From the sequence record OL963731.1: a stretch of DNA of 24,000 bases; one strand, written 5' to 3'. Position numbers and translations under genes: made by a program. Shown here piece by piece: positions 1-6,445 of this stretch. This DNA is from Citromicrobium phage vB_CbaS-RXM. The notes below the pieces were generated by a model that was not told the DNA's origin, ran no database searches, and saw nothing but the letters and a program-made list of their open reading frames with translations. The stretch's first letter is position 1. Every line of letters begins with the position of its first letter.

Positions 1-245
1 TCCACCGCCAAGAGATCACGAAACACCAAGCGGATGTGTGCAGATAATGAGCGATCATGGAAGAACGCCGAAAGAGTCATACTCGGAGCGTATTTGGTCG
101 CCACTCCAAGCGCATTCGGACAGTTCCGGATGATAGCTTGTCCGCCTGTGCCAATGCGCTGCAGGTTATCTCCGAAGACGAACATCTTCGTAGGGTTCTG
201 TGCAACCAGCTTCACGCTGTAGTGACCGGCAAACTTCAATAACAC
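1..245 (-). CDS. small phage protein of unknown function, C-terminus truncated by window edge
   Basis: Manual translation of the minus strand from a GTG at 245: VLLKFAGHYSVKLVAQNPTKMFVFGDNLQRIGTGGQAIIRNCPNALGVATKYAPSMTLSAFFHDRSLSAHIRLVFRDLLAV..., open to base 1. A GAGGAG-type SD lies just upstream of the GTG. The FVFGDN..GxGGQAxIR..PNAxGVATK..PS pattern resembles a recurring phage protein family. It is missing from the ORF track because it has no stop inside the window. Confidence 0.72.
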   Translation of the reverse strand, partial: MLLKFAGHYSVKLVAQNPTKMFVFGDNLQRIGTGGQAIIRNCPNALGVATKYAPSMTLSAFFHDRSLSAHIRLVFRDLLAV

Positions 246-334
246 TGGTTTCTTCTCCTCGTCTGTTGCTCCAAATCTGCCTCCGTGCCCTTCACCTTGT
301 GAAGCTGGACTTAATGAGACACAGGTCCAGTCCG

Positions 335-778
335 CTACGCCGCTTCGGCGAGCTTGAACGGTGTGATGACCACCCGCGCTTCCCGGAGGAGAGCAAGGGA
401 GCGTTCCTGACTTTCGCGCCACGATTCGTTGACATGGCTGTCGGGGAACACGACGCGAGCAATTCCGCGCTGAATGATGTGCAGGGCACAATTTTCGCAC
501 GGCGCGAACGTCGCATAGAGCGTCGCCCCGGTAAGGTCTTCCAGTGCGAAATGCAACGCATTCAGTTCCGCGTGGATCGTCATGCGGTTCTTGACCTCGC
601 GGTTCATGAGACGCTCTTCATCGTCCCGAATACCGCGAGGAAAGCCGTTCCGGCCCATCGACGCGACGGTGCCGTTCGGACGCAGGATTACGCAGCCGAC
701 CTTCGTCGAAGGGTCTTTCGACTTCCGGGCGTAGTGGAGGGCTTGTTCGAGCCAATGCTGGTCGTCGGCGTCGGTCAT
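335..778 (-). CDS. dCMP/deoxycytidylate deaminase
   Basis: Zinc deaminase motifs HAELNAL and PCENCALHI in a roughly 147-aa protein. ATG at 778 chosen over GTG at 790 because AAGGAG overlaps the GTG. Confidence 0.9.
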   Translation of the reverse strand: MTDADDQHWLEQALHYARKSKDPSTKVGCVILRPNGTVASMGRNGFPRGIRDDEERLMNREVKNRMTIHAELNALHFALEDLTGATLYATFAPCENCALHIIQRGIARVVFPDSHVNESWRESQERSLALLREARVVITPFKLAEAA

Positions 779-811
779 TTCGTGGATCACTCCTTGCTGT
801 TGACGATTCGT

Positions 812-840
812 TAATAGGTCGAATCCGGCTAACCTGTCAA
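812..840 (-). promoter_or_regulatory. sigma70-like promoter for dCMP deaminase
   Basis: Minus strand TTGACA-N17-CTATTA (or N18-TATTAA), 34 nt upstream of the CDS start. Confidence 0.6.
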
Positions 841-864
841 GACTCCGAGGTCAGTTAAATTGGC

Positions 865-3800
865 TTATCGCTCGTTTTCAATCGCTTGGATCGTCACACC
901 CTTTCGTTCTTCGAGTTCTGCACGAGCTTCGGTCAACGGCGGGAAGACGATCAGACGACGCCGGTTCTGCATCCCCTCTTCCTTCACATGCGTCTCCGAT
1001 GCACCGAACCACTCGATTGCAGCAGCCGCGATGTCCTCGTAGGTCGTCCGGGCCTTATCGCTCGGGAACTTGAAGCGAACGTAGTCTTCGACGCAGGCAC
1101 GGAGGTTCTGCGCCCAAACACGGGTCGGCTTGTCGTCTTCGAGATCGATGGTATCGATGTTCTCGTTCGACGGCTCGTAAACACCCGCCCGGATGAGATC
1201 GAGCATGAAGCGGTCCAGTCCGGTGAGCGACTGGATTTGCTGCTGCTTGAGATGCTCGGTCTGCGGCGGCGTGAAGAGACACCCGAACGAACCAGTCTTC
1301 GGCTCGTAGTGCAGAAGCTCATACATCATGGCTTCCAGACCGCCTTCCTCGTCCATCTGGCGACGCAGCGCCTCGAAGAACGGGATGTCGCCCCGGCGAG
1401 CGTCCGAGCAGCGGAACACGCCGAACCGGCGTTCATCACCGAGGCTGGCCGGGACAACGTGGTCGCTGTTCGAGATGAAGACGATCCGGGTGAAGTTCTC
1501 GGACTTGATCGGGTCGTGGCCCTTCTTCTCGATCATCATCTCGCGAGCGGTGATGAGGTCCTTCAACGCGCTCTCGGCCTGCGGGTCGGACGCCCAAAAG
1601 GCTTCCTCGCAGATCATGAGCAGCGCGGTTGCGATGTGGGCGTTGAAGTTGCCGACGATCTGCTTGCGCTGGCTGACGGTGATCGAGTTGCGAGGCGTGA
1701 GCTTGCCGAGGTATTCGAACAGGGTCGATTTACCGGTGCCCTTGTTGCCCGAGACCACGATGGTCGAACCCGGCTTGGTGGACGGCTTCTGGATCATGTG
1801 GGCCATCCATGTCATGAACCAGTCGAACAGTTCCGGGTTGCTCTCGCAGATGTTCTCGTAGAGGTGATCCCGCAGAAGCGACCAGTCGCCCTTGACCGGC
1901 TGCACCGGGAAGCCACGGAACAGGTTGTAGATTTGCGGATCGGTCTCGCGCCCCGGTGCGAAGATCACGCGCCGGTAGAAGCGGCGGTCCGGGTGTTCCA
2001 GCCACAGCTTGAAGCCGTCGAGCCGCTCGGTCTTGCCGCCCTTGCCGGGGACGAACACGAAGCGGCCCTTCTCGATCAGGGCAACGTCGCTCTGCGTGTA
2101 GAACACGATGTCGTCTTCCTCGTCCTCGGGCTGCTCCACGAGGATGCGAGCGCCGCCCGTGGTGGCGCAGACGGCGTAGTTCCGGTTGAAGTAGCGCAGG
2201 TTGCGCTCCTCCTCGTCGAGGTCCGACTCATCGACCGGCTCCTCGTATTTGGGAGCGGCCTTGGCAGGCGTCGGGGCCGGGGAGGGCGAAGGGGTTGGCG
2301 TCGGGCGCTCGACCTCCTCCTCTTCCTCGATCTCCTGCTTGTGGACGGTCTTCTTGAGGTCCTCGACCGTGAACCAGCCTTCTTCGATAGCGCCCTTGAG
2401 CATGTCGAGGCGGTCGCGGTGCGAGCAAGCGTCGTGGACACAGGTGAAGGTGAAGCCGCCCTCGAAGCCCTCGGACCAGTTGTCGCCGGAGTTGACCACG
2501 AAGCAGCCGCCGCCGCCGAAGGTCGAGTGTTCGGCCTCGAACGGACATTCGACATGCACACCGGGCTTGCCGCTGCGCTCCTCGCGGATCGCGTCGTGCA
2601 CCAGTTCGGTCAGGAAGCTCTCGCACTCGAACACCTTGGCGTTCTCACGCGCCCACGCGACGAGGTTGAAGTCGCCGATCATGTAGCGGTTCACATCGTC
2701 GTCGTCGTCATCACTCGCCTGATCGGACCACGGGTTCGACGGCCCGCTGGCGGCACGGCTACGGCGGTCGCGCTTGACCTTGATCCGGTCGTAGTTGTCG
2801 AGGTTCACCGGCTCGCCAGCGATCCACCACGATCCGTGAGGCTTGTCCTTGGCGTGGCGCGGGAGGTAGAACAGGCGCGCCGGGTCGGCGCAGGTCTCGT
2901 CGAAGAAGAAGCCCATCGCGGTCGCGAAACCGGCGTAGCGTTCCTTCCACTCGGTGATCGCGTCCTTCTGCGGCCCGCCACGCTTGGCGAACACGAAGGC
3001 TTCGGACAGCGGGAACACGGCGCGGAACTTCGGCACCGGGTCGTGCTGCACGAGGATCACCACACCTTCCTCGGTGTGATGGGCGTCGTTGACGATCTCG
3101 ATGTTGCGGGTGACCTCGGGGATCATCCCCTTCTTCACCTGCAGGTATTCGGCCACCAGTTCGGGCGTCGGCTCTTCGCCATCGGTCCACTTGAGGAAGT
3201 GGTCGCGCTTGATCTGGCTGGTGTTCTTCATGTGCGAGTGGGTGGTGTAGATCACCGCTTCCAACCCCGCGTCGATGATCGCGCCCATCACCTCGTCGAG
3301 CGGCTTACCGCTGTCGAGATCGACGCCGATGATGTAGTTGGCGATCATCGCCATCGCCTTGCGGGTGCCGCCCGCTGCCTCGCCCTGCAGGAAGCACGGG
3401 CCGTCCTTCTTGCCCTGCTGGTGGACCTGCAGGATGTCGGAGAACTGGCCGAACACGGAGCGCACGGCTTTCCAGCCGCCTTGCTTCTCCATGCGGTGAC
3501 GGCCCTGCGACAGGGTGATCTCGATCTCGGAGCCGGGAGTGGAGATCGTCATGTCGTCGAGCGAGTAGCGCGGCGCGTCGGCGTTGCTCATGATCTCGGC
3601 GACCGGCACCATGTGCTTGCCCTGCTTCTCGCCCTCGACGGTCACGCCTTCCTGAAACATAAAGATCGCAGCGTCGTCGGTCACGTAGCTGGGAGCGGGT
3701 TCGACGACATCGGGGTTACCGGGAAGCGAAAGCCCGTGGGCGATGCCGGTGCCGTCCACCAGATCGATCCACGGATCGAGCTTGGCGTCCATGACGCAGG

Positions 3801-3918
3801 CGTCCACGATCTCATCGACGCTGGCCGAGACGAACTCGGTGCCATCGGAGAACTCGACGCGGACCGGCGCGCCACCGAACTTGGAGAGGAACTGGTCGAG
3901 GATAGGATCGAGCGTCAC
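865..3918 (-). CDS. large phage primase-helicase (N-terminal primase-like region, central zinc-binding module, C-terminal SF3/DUF5906-like helicase)
   Basis: Walker A GNKGTGKST and downstream RIVFISNSDHVVPASLGDERRFGVF typical of phage SF3-like helicases. CPFEAEHS...FTCVHDACSHR resembles a primase zinc module. GVDLDSG...YTTHSH lies in the N-terminal part. Confidence 0.88.
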   Translation of the reverse strand: MTLDPILDQFLSKFGGAPVRVEFSDGTEFVSASVDEIVDACVMDAKLDPWIDLVDGTGIAHGLSLPGNPDVVEPAPSYVTDDAAIFMFQEGVTVEGEKQGKHMVPVAEIMSNADAPRYSLDDMTISTPGSEIEITLSQGRHRMEKQGGWKAVRSVFGQFSDILQVHQQGKKDGPCFLQGEAAGGTRKAMAMIANYIIGVDLDSGKPLDEVMGAIIDAGLEAVIYTTHSHMKNTSQIKRDHFLKWTDGEEPTPELVAEYLQVKKGMIPEVTRNIEIVNDAHHTEEGVVILVQHDPVPKFRAVFPLSEAFVFAKRGGPQKDAITEWKERYAGFATAMGFFFDETCADPARLFYLPRHAKDKPHGSWWIAGEPVNLDNYDRIKVKRDRRSRAASGPSNPWSDQASDDDDDDVNRYMIGDFNLVAWARENAKVFECESFLTELVHDAIREERSGKPGVHVECPFEAEHSTFGGGGCFVVNSGDNWSEGFEGGFTFTCVHDACSHRDRLDMLKGAIEEGWFTVEDLKKTVHKQEIEEEEEVERPTPTPSPSPAPTPAKAAPKYEEPVDESDLDEEERNLRYFNRNYAVCATTGGARILVEQPEDEEDDIVFYTQSDVALIEKGRFVFVPGKGGKTERLDGFKLWLEHPDRRFYRRVIFAPGRETDPQIYNLFRGFPVQPVKGDWSLLRDHLYENICESNPELFDWFMTWMAHMIQKPSTKPGSTIVVSGNKGTGKSTLFEYLGKLTPRNSITVSQRKQIVGNFNAHIATALLMICEEAFWASDPQAESALKDLITAREMMIEKKGHDPIKSENFTRIVFISNSDHVVPASLGDERRFGVFRCSDARRGDIPFFEALRRQMDEEGGLEAMMYELLHYEPKTGSFGCLFTPPQTEHLKQQQIQSLTGLDRFMLDLIRAGVYEPSNENIDTIDLEDDKPTRVWAQNLRACVEDYVRFKFPSDKARTTYEDIAAAAIEWFGASETHVKEEGMQNRRRLIVFPPLTEARAELEERKGVTIQAIENER

Positions 3919-4385
3919 GCGATCACCTTCCGGGTCTCGGTCTTCCGCAGGTCGGCCACGGTGATCTGCTCGACGTTCGCATTCGTGAAGACATCGAACT
4001 GTGCCGCGATCTTGATCGCCTCGGCGGCGGATGCACCAGCCGCCATTGCGCCGAGCGCGGTAGCTGCGCCGGAGCCGATGGCGTAGTATTCCTGATCGAG
4101 GGGGATGATCTTGTCGGCGAGCGCGATCCCGATCTTACCATCCTCGTCCATGACGATGATGTCCCAATCGTCGTCCCACAGGCCGTCGAAATCGTCGCAC
4201 CCGACCGGGCAGTCGTCGTTGAACCAGCGGGCGAGGAGAGGGGCGTAGCGAAGGTCGCCAGCAAAGCCCACCACGTATCCTCCGGCCATGAAGAGTTTCA
4301 AACCGGGCATGGGGTGGGGAACACTGCCGTAGGTCATCTGCGTGTCTGACGCGAGGACACCGGCACGAAAAGCAATAGTTGTCAT
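3915..4385 (-). CDS. Ntn-hydrolase / proteasome beta subunit-like (HslV-like) protein
   Basis: MTTIAFRAGVLASDTQMT followed by IGIALADKIIPLDQEYYAIGSGAATALGAMAAGASAAEAIKIAAQFD is the conserved phage Ntn-hydrolase/proteasome-like pattern. The start is moved inward from 4442 to 4385, close to GAGG. The 3' end overlaps the next CDS start by 4 nt. Confidence 0.8.
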   Translation of the reverse strand: MTTIAFRAGVLASDTQMTYGSVPHPMPGLKLFMAGGYVVGFAGDLRYAPLLARWFNDDCPVGCDDFDGLWDDDWDIIVMDEDGKIGIALADKIIPLDQEYYAIGSGAATALGAMAAGASAAEAIKIAAQFDVFTNANVEQITVADLRKTETRKVIA

Positions 4386-4389
4386 GAAA

Positions 4390-4431
4390 CCTCGGGAAGG
4401 CGGGGTGTCAGTCTCCCTAACCTTCCCGAGG
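4390..4431. repeat. perfect 11-bp inverted repeat flanking the Ntn-hydrolase promoter -10 and SD region
   Basis: CCTCGGGAAGG (4390-4400) and CCTTCCCGAGG (4421-4431). Confidence 0.85.
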
Positions 4432-4442
4432 CTCAAAGTCAA
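4414..4442 (-). promoter_or_regulatory. sigma70-like promoter for Ntn-hydrolase gene
   Basis: Minus strand TTGACT-N17-TAGGGA. Member of the recurrent intergenic set. Confidence 0.6.
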
Positions 4443-4460
4443 GCATATTCTACTTCCGCC

Positions 4461-4874
4461 TTAGCTGGCGGCGGCGGTCGCTCCGGCCTGCTTGCCGCTC
4501 GCATCGGCCTTCGGAGGCGTCTTCGGCGCGGTCTTCTTCGGCGCGGTCTTCTTCGGCTCGACGACCTTGCCGGGGACGCCCTTCTCGGACGGGAGCGGGC
4601 TGTCCGGGTGCAGCCAGACGCGGACGTTGCCTTCATCGTCGATCTTGCGCGAGATGAACTTGCAGTGCTTGAACCGCTTGCGGCCAGCCGCGAGGACCGA
4701 GGGCGGGTTGTCTTCCTTCGAGATCACGAAGCTGGGACCCTTCACGGCCATCTTCGAATCATCGACCCACTCGGCTTGCGTCAGCTTCGAGAAGGGATAC
4801 TTCTCCTTGGCCCACGGGATGTAGCCGCCCTTGAGGGTGCCTTCGGCTTCTTCGATCTTCACTTCGTCGGTCAT
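4461..4874 (-). CDS. hypothetical protein with Lys/Ala/Pro-rich tail
   Basis: ORF of 137 aa with ATG preceded by AGGAG. C-terminal KKTAPKKTAPKTPPKADASGKQAGATAAAS is low complexity and basic. Confidence 0.78.
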   Translation of the reverse strand: MTDEVKIEEAEGTLKGGYIPWAKEKYPFSKLTQAEWVDDSKMAVKGPSFVISKEDNPPSVLAAGRKRFKHCKFISRKIDDEGNVRVWLHPDSPLPSEKGVPGKVVEPKKTAPKKTAPKTPPKADASGKQAGATAAAS

Positions 4875-4904
4875 GGTGTCTTCTCCTGCTGTTGATGTGG
4901 TTGA

Positions 4905-4933
4905 CTGTTAGGTTGCGATTCGCCGGTTGTCAA
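4905..4933 (-). promoter_or_regulatory. sigma70-like promoter upstream of 4461..4874
   Basis: Minus strand TTGACA-N17-TAACAG with CGAATCG in the spacer. Confidence 0.65.
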
Positions 4934-4937
4934 TTCG

Positions 4938-5537
4938 TTAAAGCGAACCGATCAAGTTGTGCCCGCCGTCAGACGGTTCGAGATACCGCTGGGTGGTATC
5001 GAGGCGGGCATGACCCAAGTAGAGTTGAAGGTCACGCAAGTGCATACCGTGCTGGTTGAGCTTCCGCGCCGACCGGGTAGCGAATGACCGCCGACCCGAG
5101 TGAGACGAACAGTTCTGCAGACCGGCGCGCTTGTAGGTGTTCCAGAACCACATCGTGAGATTATGGACGGACATGCGGGCCATGTTCTTGCGAGGCGCGA
5201 ACGCGATGTAGTTGAGGTCGGGGTGACGCTTCACGAATGCACGGAGTGCGTCATGCACTGCTTGGTGCATCGGGATTTCGCGGGCCTTCTTCATCTTGCC
5301 GACATTCGACATGATACGGATCAGCGGACGCGAGCGCATCGGCGGGACGCGGCCTTCCGCATCCAGCATGGCGGTATCAAGGTTGAGCTTGGCGATCTCG
5401 CTGACACGAAGACCGGCATAGTGCGACAGGGCGAACATGAGTTCGTCGCGCTCCGGCGTGTCCGAGTTCGCGTGGATGTATTCCACCACGAGGTCGATCT
5501 GCCGGGGCGTAAGGGTCGCTGCTTGGTTGCTGGACAT
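4938..5537 (-). CDS. tyrosine recombinase/integrase family protein (short, catalytic domain)
   Basis: GLRVSEI (Arg I), GKMKKAREIPM (Lys), HSGRRSF (HxxR), LGHARLDTTQRYL (LGH...Tyr). ATG at 5537 preceded by AAGGAG. Confidence 0.85.
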   Translation of the reverse strand: MSSNQAATLTPRQIDLVVEYIHANSDTPERDELMFALSHYAGLRVSEIAKLNLDTAMLDAEGRVPPMRSRPLIRIMSNVGKMKKAREIPMHQAVHDALRAFVKRHPDLNYIAFAPRKNMARMSVHNLTMWFWNTYKRAGLQNCSSHSGRRSFATRSARKLNQHGMHLRDLQLYLGHARLDTTQRYLEPSDGGHNLIGSL

Positions 5538-5561
5538 TTCGTTGATCTCCTTCTCTGCTGA

Positions 5562-5582
5562 CGACTCGGGTCTACCGAGTCG
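5562..5582. repeat. perfect 8-bp inverted repeat over the recombinase promoter -10
   Basis: CGACTCGG-GTCTA-CCGAGTCG. Confidence 0.85.
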
Positions 5583-5597
5583 CCGCATCGGAGTCAA
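5569..5597 (-). promoter_or_regulatory. sigma70-like promoter of the tyrosine recombinase gene
   Basis: Minus strand TTGACT-N17-TAGACC, with an 8-bp inverted repeat spanning the -10. Confidence 0.6.
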
Positions 5598-5613
5598 CAG
5601 ACAATTTGTCCTA

Positions 5614-5982
5614 TTAGTTGACGAACGGGTAGGGTGGCGGTTCGCGTCCGACCATCAAATAGGTCATGGCCCACGCCATCTTTCCCTTCGCCAGCGTCAG
5701 GTAAGCAAGGGCTTCTTCCTGCTGCTGCTCGGTCGCGTAGCCGTGCAGGTGGCACCGCGTCGCCCATTCCCACTGGAAGGAGGCGAGGAACATCGCACAC
5801 TGGATGATCTCGCAGTCCTGCGTCGCGATGGCCGCGTCGTAGTCGAACGTGTCGTTGAGGTTGATCCCGGCGACATCGAAAACGTCACAGATGAAGTAGA
5901 GCTTCTCGCGGTTCGACAGCCCTTCGGGACCTGTCCGGTCGGTCGAGTTGACGATCTGGTTGGCTATTTCACTCGGAGACAT
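5614..5982 (-). CDS. hypothetical protein
   Basis: MSPSEIANQIVNSTDR... within the longer ORF 5614..6030. AAGGA precedes the chosen ATG. Consistent minus-strand operon position. Confidence 0.7.
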   Translation of the reverse strand: MSPSEIANQIVNSTDRTGPEGLSNREKLYFICDVFDVAGINLNDTFDYDAAIATQDCEIIQCAMFLASFQWEWATRCHLHGYATEQQQEEALAYLTLAKGKMAWAMTYLMVGREPPPYPFVN

Positions 5983-6154
5983 GGGCGTCCTTGTCGCAGT
6001 AGCAGTATTCGTATTCGGGATCGGCAGCATCGATCAGCATACCATCCCAATCCGGGCAGAAGTGAAGCGACGGGTTGAGGAACTTGCACTCCTCGGGGAT
6101 CACACCGGTCCGCTCGATGTCGTTGCACTGGTGAGGCGAAAGTCCACAGGGCAT
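5969..6154 (-). CDS. small cysteine-rich protein
   Basis: MPCGLSPHQCNDIERTGVIPEECKFLNPSLHFCPDWDGMLIDAADPEYEYCYCDKDAHVSE. Its ATG overlaps the upstream stop as TGATG. Confidence 0.65.
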   Translation of the reverse strand: MPCGLSPHQCNDIERTGVIPEECKFLNPSLHFCPDWDGMLIDAADPEYEYCYCDKDAHVSE

Positions 6155-6357
6155 CACGCGGCGTCCTTCTGCTTGGCGAGATCGACGATCACCAGCCCAT
6201 GCTCCGGACAATCTTGGTGCGCCCGGACGAGCGTCTTCCACACCAGCTTGCCGGTCTTGGGATCGCGGACCTGTTGATCGTAGTCGATCCGCTTGTCAGC
6301 CGGAACGAACTTCCGGCAGAGGCAATTCGACTCATCGATCTCGTTGTGTTGAGCCAT
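6154..6357 (-). CDS. small hypothetical protein with Cys/His residues
   Basis: MAQHNEIDESNCLCRKFVPADKRIDYDQQVRDPKTGKLVWKTLVRAHQDCPEHGLVIVDLAKQKDAA. First gene leftward from the divergent control region. Confidence 0.65.
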   Translation of the reverse strand: MAQHNEIDESNCLCRKFVPADKRIDYDQQVRDPKTGKLVWKTLVRAHQDCPEHGLVIVDLAKQKDAA

Positions 6358-6380
6358 GCTGACCCTATACACAATGAGGC

Positions 6381-6409
6381 TTGACTTGTCTAGTCCGAAT
6401 CGTTAGTGA
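6381..6409 (+). promoter_or_regulatory. rightward member of a divergent promoter pair, upstream of rIIA
   Basis: TTGACT-N17-TAGTGA with CGAATCGT at the end of the spacer. Confidence 0.6.
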
Positions 6410-6427
6410 GGCTGACATCGAAGTCAA
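6400..6427 (-). promoter_or_regulatory. leftward member of a divergent promoter pair
   Basis: Minus strand TTGACT-N16-TAACGA upstream of 6357. Confidence 0.5.
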
Positions 6428-6445
6428 CAGGAGGAGCAACCTGAC

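Noticed and set aside
34-242. Short plus-strand ORFs at the left edge (34..222 and 57..242)
   Set aside because: They lie antisense to a better-supported minus-strand frame with an SD and a recognisable glycine-rich pattern.
886-4086. 1066-aa plus-strand ORF opposite the primase-helicase
   Set aside because: Antisense shadow ORF from high-GC codon bias. The minus-strand frame has clear helicase motifs, and the antisense translation is Arg/Val/Ala/Leu-rich with no motif.
6361-6372. TATAGG-like minus-strand -10 immediately before 6357
   Set aside because: Paired -35 candidate is poor (TAGACA), and it would produce an almost leaderless transcript. The 6400-6427 element is a better candidate.
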